DNA from: Fistulifera solaris
Taxonomy: Eukaryota
Length of the DNA stretch: 64,000 bases
Assembly: GCA_030295235.1 (NCBI GenBank)
Contig: AP026132.1
Span: 868,001 to 932,000 of the forward strand
Reading direction: 5' to 3'
Under the pieces are notes generated by a model. The model had not been told where the DNA came from and ran no database searches. It saw nothing but the letters and a program-made list of their open reading frames with translations. Positions 34,633 through 46,789 of this stretch are shown here, piece after piece. Every line of letters starts with the position of its first letter. Position 1 is the stretch's first letter. The translations under genes were made by a program, and so were the position numbers.

Positions 34633-34998
34633 TCAGTTGGACATGCTTGATTCCGACGCATCGGAGAGCGACTCATCCGAAGGATCAGTAGATACGCTGG
34701 AGTCGGTACTGTAGTCGGATTCATAAGCTTCCAAAGCTTCTTGGTAGCGCGCAGCAGCTGCGAAACCTTGCATTACCGCGAAATCCAGGGCGTCATGGAA
34801 GGGATCGTCGATTGTAAGCATGAGGACATGGAGCATTTGGTGCCAATGTAGCACGGCCCTCTCGAGCTCTTTTAGAAGCTTTCGTCGGTGACGTCGTTCA
34901 GAAGTCATATTTGATGATCCGTAGCTTGTGTTCATGCAATGGAAAGAAAAATGCCGCGCAAACGAAACTTTGTCAGAGAAGGAGGTGCAGCATTGCAA
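34633..34998 (-). CDS. Small hypothetical protein
   Basis: Open 121-aa ORF with an acidic Ser-rich tail; no recognisable motif. Confidence 0.3.
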   Translation of the reverse strand: MQCCTSFSDKVSFARHFSFHCMNTSYGSSNMTSERRHRRKLLKELERAVLHWHQMLHVLMLTIDDPFHDALDFAVMQGFAAAARYQEALEAYESDYSTDSSVSTDPSDESLSDASESSMSN

Positions 34999-35271
34999 TG
35001 CCTCGCATTTATTATTTTTTGCAGTTTGCTTTTGTACTTTTTGATCTATAATGGCACCTCTAAGTGACGGTAATCATACCGGTACTGCACCCCCTAAACA
35101 GGAGTTTCGCGGAGTGGCGCGCGCGTGTATGCGTGACCTATTTTTTTCTCCAACCGACGCGAACAAAACAAACGCCGTTTTGGCATTTCTCTTGCATCCA
35201 TCACCCATCACCATCTAACGGCAATATTTCTCTCAAACTCCTTTGGGTCGTTTTTTGTTGATTCATATCCA

Positions 35272-36169
35272 ATGGCTGCTACCATCGAAAATCCTCGCAT
35301 CTTGGCGCTCTTTGACGTCGACGGGACGCTAACGATTCCGCGAGGTGAAATCACCCCCGAAATGATGGCGTTCATGAAGGATTTGAGCAAAAAGATCACG
35401 GTGGGAATCGTTGGAGGTTCGTAATGAATAACGATGGTAGGGACTAGTTAACAGCATCTGCGTGTCTCACCAGTCTGTTGCGAATATCTGCAGGCAGTGA
35501 CCTTCCGAAGCAACAGGAGCAGTTGGGCAACGGAATTGTCAACGACTTTCCCTGGAACTTCTCGCAGAACGGCCTTGTTGCTTATAAGAATGGAGAGTTG
35601 CAGGAAGTTCAGACTTTGTCGAAATTCTTGGGAGAGGACAACGTGAAGCGCATTGTCAATTGGGTCATGAAATATTTGGCCGACTTGGATATCCCAGTCA
35701 AGGTACGCTTAAGAGCACGACACTATGTCCCTGTGTTGTATTCTCCTTCTTACCAGCACCGTCTACACTAGCGCGGAACATTCATTGAGTTCCGCAGCGG
35801 CATGTTTAACATTTCACCCATCGGTCGTAACTGTTCACGGGAAGAACGCGACGAATATGAAGTCTTTGATCTCAAACACAACGTACGCAAAAACATGGTG
35901 GAAGCGATGAAAAGGAATTTGCGGATCTGGGATTGACGTACAGCATCGGCGGTCAAATTTCTTTTGATGTGTTTCCCAACGGTTGGGATAAGACCTACTG
36001 CCTTCGCTTCCTCAAAGAAGAAGATTACGACGAAATCCATTTCTTCGGTGATAAGACGTTTGAGGGAGGAAATGACTTTGAGATCTTTACTCACAATCGT
36101 ACCATCGGCCACACTGTCACATCTCCGGATGACACTCGAGAGCAATGCACCAAGTTGTTTATGTCGTAG
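35272..36169 (+). CDS. PMM: Phosphomannomutase (eukaryotic HAD IIB), 2 introns, one indel
   Basis: [56 protein letters not shown] and FFGDKT..GGND.EI motifs. Confidence 0.95.
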
Positions 36170-36292
36170 AAACATGTAGCTAACATGGGAACGATCCTAG
36201 TAGACTACGAGCGCCTATCGAAAACGTATAAATCTACTATTCATCTCTACAACATTTGCCTCAATGTTTGACTACAACTACCTAAATGATAT

Positions 36293-39200
36293 TCAAATCA
36301 CAAACTCTTGGAGGGGTCGTTTTTGGCCGGCAACGGGTCGAGCCGAACCGCAAGCCATGCACTTCCGACGTGATATTTTGTTATGAAGGGTACACGAAAG
36401 ACACGCCCATTCGTTAGAAGCCGGTTGGCTCTCCTGGCTGAACTCGGTAGACGACTGAGTCGCGTCTTCTGTGGGGGCTGTGTTTTCTTTATTGAGCTGC
36501 TTCTTGCTTCCCTTCTTTGCAATTGGGCTTACTGAATCATCGCTGCTATCCATCACCAGTGTACCACTGCCTTTCTCCTCACCGTCCTCGCCTTCGTTGT
36601 CACTGTCTGCTAGGAAAGCATGACGTTTTGAATTGTCTGGCTTGCGTGCTTGAAGCTCGTTTTCACTCTCCTTTTGGTCGGCTGTTGGTCGAGCCGCTCC
36701 ACAAGCCATGCATTTCCGACGTGAAAATTTGTTGTGCAGGGTGCACGAAAGGCAAAGCCACTCATTCGGACCTAGTTCGCTTTCCTGGCTGAGATCGCTG
36801 GACGATTGAGTCGAGGATACTTCCGAGACTTTACTTTGCTTGTGCAGTTTCTTCTCTGCAGTGGCGCCTACCGAGTCCTCGTCTTCGCTGCTGTCCACCG
36901 TTATTTTCCCGCTTCTTTTCTTTTCAAGTACAGTTCCTTCACCGCCGTCTTCATCGGCGTTCTCATTCTGATCGTCGGCCTCATCTACCTCGTCTTCGTC
37001 ATCGCTTTCGTTCAGCTCTGAACGGCACCAAGCTCTTCCATAGCTTGGCGCTCCTCCTCCTCTTGCTGTCGCTCTTGAATGAGACTCCACGTCACCTCTA
37101 GGCCAAAAACAAACGAAACCGCGTCACAGCCACGCATTGCTGCTCGGAAAATTGGGTCGTCCACGGTATCAGTGGTATGATGATGTGACCAATTACGCAT
37201 GTTCTCTTCATCAGGCATACCAATTTGTTCCTGATAGTCCTCGCCGCGCTCGTTATGTACATTCGCACAGCAATCCAAAGCATCTCCCTCGTCTTCCTTG
37301 TCCTTCTTCTCTTCGTCTTCAGGTTTCATACTCAGTAGCGCGGGTACTAGCTCTGTCCAACGCTCCAGCCACCAACATTGCAAGGATCGCGAGGCATCGG
37401 CTATGGCATCTTGTTCAGGTTCCCAAACTTTGATCACATTCGAGAAGATGCGGTTGACGTCTTTTGCAAACTCCGACACTTTCTTGTAGTATGATTTTGC
37501 TGGATCCTCGCAGGGTTCAAGGCGCTTACGGATCACTTGAAAGTCCATTGGTTGCTTGACCAGCTTCTCGTACTCTTCCTTTGTTTTTCCGTGTTCCGTA
37601 GGATCAAGCGTTTTCAAAAACATTGCCGCCTCCGGAAGCTGGCACATTTCCTCTAAAAGTGATCGGCAAGCATCGAGTTGGCGGGGAAGCACTTTCAATG
37701 CGTCCATTTCGGCACCATCTTGTATGATTTGACACCGATCACATCGAAGTTTGTCGTGGGTATCTGACGGTGTGCCTGTTCTCAATTTGAACAAGTTGCG
37801 CAACTCTTTCGTGCTGAGAGCATTGACTTGCTCCTTGTCGTCGACCACAGACTGAAGACCCTCTTTGGACAACTGGCGTTGAAAAATTTTCTCCTCGACG
37901 GTACCTGTTGCCAAGAAGCGATATGTGAAACAGCGTTTCTTTTGTCCGTCACGCCAGCAACGAGCAGCCGCCTGAAGAATGGTTAGACGCATTGCTCAAT
38001 TACTTCCGCGTGAACTATATTGTGACTCACCTGTTTGTCGACGGCTGGATTCCAATCAGGGTCAAAGAGAACCAAACGATTTCCTCCGATAAGATTGAGA
38101 CCGCTGTCGGAGGGTAAGTAAGAGTGAGTCAGAAGACATAAATTTTCAGCGCGGCAGAAATTTTGACAAGCATACTCACCATCCGCCTGCTTTACTCGAT
38201 AACAGAAAAGCAACCAATGAACTGCTTGGGTCGTTGAATTCGTCCACCATCTTTTGTCGCTTTTTCATAGAAATGCTACCATCGAGTCGACAGAATCCCC
38301 ACGTATTTTGCTTGCACATGCGGCCGATCAGATCCAACGTCTGAGTGTAGTTCGAAATGATAACGATCTTGTCATTGCCGTTGCCAGGTTTTCTCATTTC
38401 TTTCATAAGACGATACAGCACAAACATCTTCCCCGACCATTCTGGGTGAACTGGGCCATCGTTTCGACCACCGTCGGAAAAGGGCAAAAACTTCGAGACG
38501 CCATCGGCACCAGGAGCGGCTGAACTGACTTTGTCTTCGTCGTCCGTGTATTTGGCTTTCTTAGCACACGAACGTCCATTGCGTGCAGGACCTGACTTGG
38601 TCGACGGATCTTCTTCGGCAATGAGAGACGGATGGTTGCACAGTTTCATCAACATTTGAATCGAAGACAAACAGTTCACTTGTTTTCCATCAAGAACGTG
38701 TTGCATATCCTTGCTGTTCACCAGATGTTGATACATATTCTGCTGAATCTCCGTCAGGTTACAGCAGACCACTTGGACAAGCTTTGGAGGGAGATGCTGA
38801 GCATTCAACGTGTTGACACGACGAAGGATGAACTCATTGACAATGGTACTCATATCATTCTGAATTTGCATCATCTTGCGTTTCTGCTCTTCGGTTGCAT
38901 CCGGCTCACGACCACGTAGAATAGGAAAGAGCATTTTTCGACGAAATTCCTCCGCCGTACCCAATATACCTGGATTGGTAAAGTCCACCATCGCAAAGAA
39001 CTCGCTCAAGTCATTCTGCATGGGAGTACCGGTCAAGAGCACGCGGCGTTGGACTGGCAGAGAATTGAGCGCTCGGCTGGTCTGATTATCACTGTTTTTG
39101 AGTCGATGCGCTTCATCGCACACCAGCAGATCACAACAGTCTTTGTACTTTGTCATTCGAGGAGCATGAGTTCGAATGCACTCGTAGCTTGCGACAAGGA

Positions 39201-40172
39201 TATTGTTGATTTTTGTCTTGCAGAAACTATCAATGTTGCTTTCAATCGTCTTGCGGTCTCCTTCTGCCAAGGCCATGACTTTGACAGCATTTGGTCCGAG
39301 CCATTTCACAAACTCATTTGCCCAGTTCTTGACCAACGAGCACGGACAAACTACAATTACCCGCTTAGCGGTCGCTTCGCCGTTGGCTGTAATGCTTGTT
39401 TTCAGCAGAGTGTAAATCAATGTAACAGATTGCAGCGTTTTTCCCAAACCCATGTCTGTTTGACGAGAGGGCGACAGTTAGATCATTGTGTTAACTGCTT
39501 GTAGTTGACGCACAAAATTAACAACTTACCATCAGCGAGAATGCAGCCGTTTCCTTTAAAGTTCCTCAGTCCCATGACGCATTGATACATGAAGAGCACA
39601 CCTTCTCTCTGATGCGGTCGTAACCATTTCGCCAACACAGGAGGCACAAAGACATCTTGCTTATTGTAAGCTTCTTTCGGGGCCGCTTTGACAATGGTGA
39701 CTTCTTCGTCTATACCGTGTTCGTCGGGTCGCAACTCTTTTACCAGCGTCGGAGGTAATCCTTTCGCCTCAACCCCTTCGTTGTGCGGACTTCTCCACAA
39801 AAGCAGCGGTTCAAACGGACGTTCTTCCTTCTCTTCTTCCTCTTCATCGTCACTACAGTCTGTTCCCGATTCACCGTGATCTTTCGGTTTCTCGGGTGCC
39901 TTGAAATGCAATCCTCGTCCCGCCCGCGCCAGTAACTTGGCCATTCCATCCATACGACGACGTTGCCCCAAACTACTTCGTCGCAGCGCTAAATCCGCCG
40001 CCTGATTGCGTCGTTTCTGAAACGGTCGCTGAAACGGCTTTTGCAGACCCACCAATCCCACAAAAAGCGGCGCTTGTCGTACCACTAGCTTGGCCCCGGG
40101 GCGGAAGAGTGACGATGATTTCTTGACGACCGCATGGCATTTGTCCGTTGGTTGCCGATGAATGACTTTCAT
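36293..40172 (-). CDS. RAD54: RAD54-like SNF2 helicase with C-terminal bromodomain-like region and two RanBP2-type zinc fingers; 3 introns
   Basis: [81 protein letters not shown]; later [19 protein letters not shown]; two W.C.SCTLHN...RKCMACG..RP fingers. Confidence 0.9.
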
Positions 40173-40610
40173 CTTATAATTGTGTCCTCTATCAAATTAT
40201 TTCTCTCAGACAGCAAAAAATGGGTGATAACAGGAAACGAATATTCTTTTCGGCTATTCTTTCTTCTGTCGACCCATGTTGGTGTTTTGCAATAGCTGCG
40301 CCATGTTGGCATGAAAGAATGAAGGGACGCGTTTTCCGTCCGCTGCGTAGGAATTGGTACAAAGTCAACGGACGAAAATACGCCTCGTCATTTTTGGCGC
40401 GATCTTTTCAGTCAAGAAATGACGGGATTGAAGGCAACTAAAAGCTTCTGGCCGTCTATCCCGAGTTTTCACCTCCAATAATCGCCGACAAACAGAAAAA
40501 CTCATCGAGCCATTGCATGGCTAAGACCAAAGAACTTCTTACCATATTTAAAAGAAAACTAAGGGAACCTCCTTGTACTTCATATCAATACTTCGTCCCT
40601 TCATCCCAGA

Positions 40611-42014
40611 ATGACAGAAGAAGCGGGCGGGAGGTCGCGCGACGTCAAAGAACTTCATGTGGCTCCGATGCTCGATGTGACCTACCGAGACTTCCGTTAT
40701 TTGGCTCGTTTACTGACCAAACGAGCCGTTCTGTGGACCGAAATGGTCGTAGATGACACGTTGGTCTTTGGTGATACAGATATGGTGAAAAACCATTATC
40801 TGGAATTTGACGAAGCCGAACATCCTCTTATCTGTCAGATAGGATCATCCGGATATAATCTAGAGTGGACGGAGGATGCGTCAAAGAAAGTACGCGACGC
40901 GGGGTATGATGAAATCAATCTCAATGCGGAATGTCCCAGTAACAAAGTGGCGGTTCGTCGCCAATTCGGAGCGGCATTGATGAAAAAGCCAGACATTTCT
41001 GCCAGTATCCTGAACACCATGAGGTGTGTGGAACATGACATTCCGGTTTCCATCAAGGTGAGGATTGCTATTGATGAAATTGACGCAGAAGACTTTCTCT
41101 ATGATTACATCAAACACTTAATCGAGGAATGTGGATGTCATCGATTTTATCTGCACTCACGGAAAGTCTACACGGACGGGCGCTACAGGCCGCTCCAGAA
41201 TCGAAATGTGCCTCCACTCAATTTTCCGTCCGTGTATAACGTGTGTCGACAGTTTCCGGATTGCGACTTTTGGATCAACGGTGGTATACGGATAATTGAA
41301 CACGCCAAAGCCATTTGCTTTGGAGAACCGATGCATGGAGAGTCTTGTGAAGGAGAATCGGTAGTCCAGCCAGGGCACGGAAGTTTCCCTTGTAAATTGT
41401 GCAATGAGAGCAACGGATCCTGTATTGCTCCTCCTTCACCTGTACCACCAAATTTGAGAGGCTGTTTAATAGGACGCGCCGCCATGGAAAATCCTGCCGT
41501 ACTGGCGGATGTCGATCGCTATTTCTATGGAGACGAATGCAATCCAGCTCAAAATCGACGTCAAGTTCTGCTACGTTATGCAGACTATCTTTCGCGGCGG
41601 TATCCGAAACGATGTTGCGACTCGGATCCCCGCGTGTCGACAGTTAATGTTCCTATTATATCTGATTTGATTCATGATAGACTGTGTCAAATCTGCGGGA
41701 CGGAGAGCGATAATGTTGATGATGATGGTGCCGATCTTCTAGAGCTGCGAATAGCAAAGCCTGTGATAGATTTGGCTATGAAGCCTGTACTGGGAATGTT
41801 TTATGGTGTCAAAGGTGGGCAGAAACGATGGCGCCAGATTTGTCACGAAGTGTCTTGTGATGATCACATACGAAACTGTGGTCCGGCTTATGTACTGCGA
41901 AAGGCCGTCGATCAAATGAATCCATTTCTTTTGGATAAGGAATTTGAGTTATGCAGTGATGAACCGAAAGGCGATGTAAATAGTAATCTCATCGTCAATG
42001 ATGACGATGTATGA
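40611..42014 (+). CDS. tRNA-dihydrouridine synthase (DusA-like)
   Basis: VAPMLDVT, WTEMV, EINLNAECPS.KV...FGAALM, VSIKVRI, LHSRK, INGGI and LIGRAAMENP motifs. Confidence 0.9.
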   Translation: MTEEAGGRSRDVKELHVAPMLDVTYRDFRYLARLLTKRAVLWTEMVVDDTLVFGDTDMVKNHYLEFDEAEHPLICQIGSSGYNLEWTEDASKKVRDAGYDEINLNAECPSNKVAVRRQFGAALMKKPDISASILNTMRCVEHDIPVSIKVRIAIDEIDAEDFLYDYIKHLIEECGCHRFYLHSRKVYTDGRYRPLQNRNVPPLNFPSVYNVCRQFPDCDFWINGGIRIIEHAKAICFGEPMHGESCEGESVVQPGHGSFPCKLCNESNGSCIAPPSPVPPNLRGCLIGRAAMENPAVLADVDRYFYGDECNPAQNRRQVLLRYADYLSRRYPKRCCDSDPRVSTVNVPIISDLIHDRLCQICGTESDNVDDDGADLLELRIAKPVIDLAMKPVLGMFYGVKGGQKRWRQICHEVSCDDHIRNCGPAYVLRKAVDQMNPFLLDKEFELCSDEPKGDVNSNLIVNDDDV

Positions 42015-42162
42015 TCATAATTGTTTTTGTATCCCGTCACTGATTTTTGATTTGAAGCGCTCTAGAGTTTATTGTCTCGTCATGAGTCATGAGAGTAAAG
42101 GTTCTTTTCGTTATTCATTGCTAAGTATTATAATGCCAAACTTTGTACAACATTCAGCAGAG

Positions 42163-42235
42163 GGACTATTAGCTCAGTAGGTAGAGCGTGCGACTGTTAA
42201 TCGCAAGGTCGACGGTTCGATCCCGCCATGGTCCG
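42163..42235 (+). tRNA. tRNA-Asn (GTT)
   Basis: Acceptor GGACTAT/ATGGTCC+G; D arm TAGCTCAGTAGGTAGAGC; anticodon arm TGCGA-CTGTTAA-TCGCA; GGTTCGATCCC T arm; downstream T-run Pol III terminator. Confidence 0.95.
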
Positions 42236-42524
42236 CTTCTTTTTTTACTTTTGAGCCACTGCCTCATGATACAAAACGTTTCTTTTTCTTTTGGTCTCAA
42301 GTTGTCTGTTTATTGCGCATTCACTATCACTATCTCCCAACAGCTTCAGCTCTTCCATTTCCATCTGCATCCTACATCTCTGCCTACAAACACGAAGCCA
42401 TGGTTTAGCGCAATATTTCAAAGCATCGCTAGAAAAGCAACGATACTGCACAAATAGAGCGATTATGTTTGCTTAACTTCAAGAGACTACAGGAGAAACT
42501 CTATAATTTATTTTCGTAAACTAT

Positions 42525-43019
42525 TTATTTTTCTGGAATTTCGACTTCGCCATCATCGATACCAGCCTGGATATCACGGGGGCTTTCGCCGTTAACCGTG
42601 CATCCAATACTGTTGCAAGTACCGAGGATCTCCTTCACTGTACCAGAGAGCTTGCGAGCCATGGATCGCTCACGCATCTGACGAGCAATGTCGATGACCT
42701 GGTCGAGAGTCAAGTTTCCGTTGTGCTTGACGTTCTTGACCTTCTTACGGTCACGAACGGGCTCGTTCAAAGCCTTCATGACCAAGGAGGAAGAGGAAGG
42801 GATCATCGAAACGGTTGCCTGACGGTTCACAACAGTCAACTTGACGGTAACGTTCAAACCTTTCCAATCCATGGTGGCTTTCTGGATATCTTCACCGACC
42901 TTCTTGGGAGACAAACCCAAGGGACCGATCTTAGGAGCAAGAGAAGATGCAGAACCGACTTCACCGCCGACGGTTCGCATGATCACGATTTTAACATCAT
43001 CACTAGGAGGAGGGCCCAT
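42525..43019 (-). CDS. RPL12: 60S ribosomal protein L12 (uL11)
   Basis: [50 protein letters not shown] motifs. Confidence 0.97.
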   Translation of the reverse strand: MGPPPSDDVKIVIMRTVGGEVGSASSLAPKIGPLGLSPKKVGEDIQKATMDWKGLNVTVKLTVVNRQATVSMIPSSSSLVMKALNEPVRDRKKVKNVKHNGNLTLDQVIDIARQMRERSMARKLSGTVKEILGTCNSIGCTVNGESPRDIQAGIDDGEVEIPEK

Positions 43020-43852
43020 GTTGTTTATAGACGATGATCTGTAGTTTCAGAACGACGACAACCCTTGCTATCAATTATCTGAACTCTTCTAGCATGAAGA
43101 GAGAAAAGTAAACGATTTTCTGTTTTGTTGCCGGCACGCTGCGTTTCGAGCCCAGCGCCAGGCGCCATCGGTTTTTCAGTAACCAGGTAAGTTGTTTGCT
43201 CGCCTGTCCTTGCACCGTTACCAACTCCATATCTTTTCAATCTCCAATCCCTAATCGATCTCAAAGTTAAATGTTAGGGTATCGAAAGAAGCCCAAAGCA
43301 TTCTTTTCCCTACAGTTTATTTTGTACGACGTACAAGTGATATCAAGGATCATTACGCCCTACGCCTTACAGCTTACAGCCTTTTACATTCTACTTTCTA
43401 CTTTGTAAGTTGTAAGTTATATACTCTATTTGCTAAGAATCATCGTTCTTCAACAAACACAAATAGGAAAGAGGAAAGAACAATAGGGTATATGGTAGAA
43501 AAGTAACACGTAGCACGTTGAACAACGTTCTTTGATCTTATTGAATTTGGAATTGCTCACTGCTCACTGGTCTTAGAGTAAAAAATTCGAAAGTCTTAAG
43601 TCATAAGGGATCGTTCTTCTTGCCCAGACCTCAGACCTCCAAGTTAAAGTCGTCTTTCAAGTTCAAGTGTCCAAGAAGCAAGAAGTCAAGTCAAAGATAG
43701 GTGTCAAACGTCAAACTGTGGAAGATCGAGCACTGGATGATACAGTATTTTCTTCTTGTTATTTTATTTCATCTCTCCCTTCATTGATTGGTGCACAGGT
43801 AAAACAAACGCGCCTACTTCCCAAATTACCGACAAGAAAAAGCAATAGAAAC

Positions 43853-44266
43853 ATGTCAGTCGATATGGAGTTCAACGATAAAATCATTCAGGTTCCAAAT
43901 GCCTACATCTGCCCGATAACGCTCAACATAATGTCCCATCCTCTAGTCTCCAAAACGGGGAAGCATTATGAACGATCTGCCATAATATCGTGGCTAATGA
44001 AATCCAACACGTGCCCCTTGACACGCCAGCCTCTTTGTCTCTCGCATCTTATTTCCGACCGGGCGTTGGAAGAAGAAATAAAGCGTTTCAAAGAAAGACA
44101 CGAGATTACAGTGGACGATGACGAGGAAGAAACAGATCTTTGTCGCGACGATGCGAAAGATGTTGTATGTGCCATTGCCAGCTATTCTCACCGAAAGCAG
44201 AAAAAATCTCTCCGACGACACCAGTCTGAGCGCATCCATCGTATGATACGGGCGGCTTTGAGCTGA
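43853..44266 (+). CDS. U-box domain protein
   Basis: PNAYICPITLNIMSHPL..TGKHYERSAIISWL..TCPLTRQPL. Confidence 0.88.
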   Translation: MSVDMEFNDKIIQVPNAYICPITLNIMSHPLVSKTGKHYERSAIISWLMKSNTCPLTRQPLCLSHLISDRALEEEIKRFKERHEITVDDDEEETDLCRDDAKDVVCAIASYSHRKQKKSLRRHQSERIHRMIRAALS

Positions 44267-44378
44267 GAAAACAGTGTTGTACCTTACTTGTCAGCTAATA
44301 TTTAATTTCAACACGTTTTTGGGCATAATTTGAAACACCGATGTTAACAATCGTTATGCCTGAGGTTTTCGTTTATTT

Positions 44379-46257
44379 TCACAATTTTTCAACGTTGTCT
44401 TCATCGTCATTTACGCTGTCGAACTCGTCTGGCTCAAACAACGAATCGTAGAAGCAATTTGGAGGATTTTTCACAAAGAATCGATGATCTATGCCACGCG
44501 GGGGCAATGCTATCACTTCACTTGAAACACAGGGTAAAGCTTCCCATGCTGGCGTTATAGTCGGCACCGGCGATACTATCGCAATGCTTTCTACTTCGGG
44601 ATGGCTTCTATCTTTTCCGTCATATCCCTCTGATAGCCGACGCACCCATGAGTGCTCCTCCGTGGCTGGCGGTAAAATCCCGCATGGCCCATATAGTTTT
44701 CGTTCTTTCATGCGATCTGGTACATTTCTTGTCCAGAATCCAACCATGAAGGTCAAACGATGTTTAGGCTCGGACGCTTGCGTTGCGTCAGAAAAAAAGA
44801 TCCGAAGTGTCCACATTCGAAGTGAATCGAACCTTGTTGGTGTTAATGGGACCCGACTGGCCTGCACAAGGCAAAACACCATGAAGTCTGTTACCCGGAA
44901 AAGAAGAAAGCTATTGTCACGAGGTTCGTTTTTCCAAGCAAATGGAGCAATTTCTTTAGAATCAGGTGTTTGATCCAAGACAATAGTAGCTCCACCACCT
45001 TGGCAACCCCCAGTAAGGTACAGGACCGAAGACAAGATAGGATGCGTCACTTCTTTGTCCTGTGAAAGAATAGCTTCGTCCGTATCGAAATGCAGGTTGT
45101 GGCCCAGATTTGCTTGAATGGGTCGGGTGTGAACCCACCACTCAGCGCCGCAAATGTTTACATCTTGTCGATTATGTTTAGCAAGCTGGCGCTTCGCTAG
45201 TGGCAGCAAATGTCTCACAATGACATCTTCGATCAAATTGCTGGGTTCTTGTGATTCGTTGATATCCATGAAGTAGGAATAGTATCCTCGGTTGTTGTAA
45301 TCACTTTCCTTCCAGTACGGAGCTTCCGGAGCGAACATGCTGCACAGCCGTTCGTACAAAATTTCAGGTAACACGTTTCCCTTTTCTTTTCCATAAACAA
45401 CGACTTCACTTGACAAGGACTCATCGGTCTTAGCATTGATGCCGTTCCAGAGGTTCGGGTGGAGTCGATGAGTAACTGCAAAGTACTTCAAATGGTCCTT
45501 TGCAGCATCATGAAATCCTAAGGTTGATAAGATCATTGCAGCCATGAAACGCGCAGTGCTTTCTACTTCTGATTGAGTCCAATATCCATCGTTTTCTGCC
45601 TGCTTCTTTTCTAAGCTACTCTCTTCATCGCCATTTTCATATTCGCCGTCGTCGGCATCCGTTGCCCATTCAACCCCAGTGACCTGATTTAAAAGAAGCA
45701 GCTCTATCCATTCTGACAATAATTCATCACTTTGATCCTGCTCTTCCAAAAGATTGATTGCATGAGTTCTTACAGCAGTCGCACATTCGGCTGCTTTCTC
45801 GTAGGCTGCCGCAATTCGGGTGGTATCGTCGGTCGTCGTGTTTATAATTTGCATGCGACATGCATTTGCCAAAATGGACCACATTGAAGCATAAAATGGG
45901 AAAAGACGCAAGCACTCCACAAAATGTTCCTGAATCTTCGTTTCCAACGTGGCATCTTTCGATTCCAAAAACTGCGATAAGAACGAATCGGCAAGATTCC
46001 CATGGGCCACACTGGCCAGCACCGGGAGTAATGCCTTTCGCGAATTCAGTGATGCCAAGTCACGCACGGGGTCTATTTCTCCGATCAATTCCAGAATTTC
46101 CTGTAGTTCGTCAATATCACCGTTACCATCGTCGTCGCACGAATCCAAGTAATCACGAAAGTGTTGCCAGACTTCATCGAGAAGATCTGCCTCATATTTC
46201 TCGACGCGTTTCTTTTTTTGCGTCGGGTCCTCCAGTAGAACTGCTCTTCTGTTTCAT
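44379..46257 (-). CDS. Hypothetical protein with putative 2OG-Fe(II) oxygenase-like C-terminal domain (indels)
   Basis: GAEWWVH, GHNLHFDTDE (HxD), PILSSVLYL, GGATIVLDQ, RLTFMVGFW; N-terminal helical region. Confidence 0.6.
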
Positions 46258-46789
46258 TTTAGTAGCTTTACCGATGAAAACGAAAGTTGGGATGTATGTA
46301 AGTTCCTTTAGGCTTGGCCACAAAGAAAGATACCGAAGAAAAAAAAGATGCCGATGGTCGCAAGGAAACGGACGAAAAAATGGATGGAAAAAATGAGTGC
46401 GCGTACGGCGGCCTGACGCCGCGATAAATTCGGGATTCATTCCAATCGTCAGTCCCTTTCCAACGGACGTCTCGCTCACAAAATATTTCGTCCGCAACGG
46501 GTGCACTTTTCTCCACGCTGGATGTGGTTCTGTACTTAAGAAAGCAGAGAAGATCATTGTACTTAGATTGTGATTATGCGACAAAATGACATTATTTACA
46601 TAAAACCCTTTATTTTGCGCCGAAGCACGCTTCAAAAACACGACCGCGAGGATTTTAGAGCGACGAGTACGCTTTTACAAACTCTTTGCCGCGACGTTGT
46701 TACAATTATCCTTGGTGTGATTTTTCGTCATCTACGTCAACTCTCAACTACTTGAGGCGTTCACTTTACGCAGCGGCTTTGTTTGACGT

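Noticed and set aside
43030..43085. Box C/D snoRNA-like GATGAT...CTGA next to RPL12
   Set aside because: Box C is imperfect, there is no terminal stem, and it is antisense to the RPL12 5' region.
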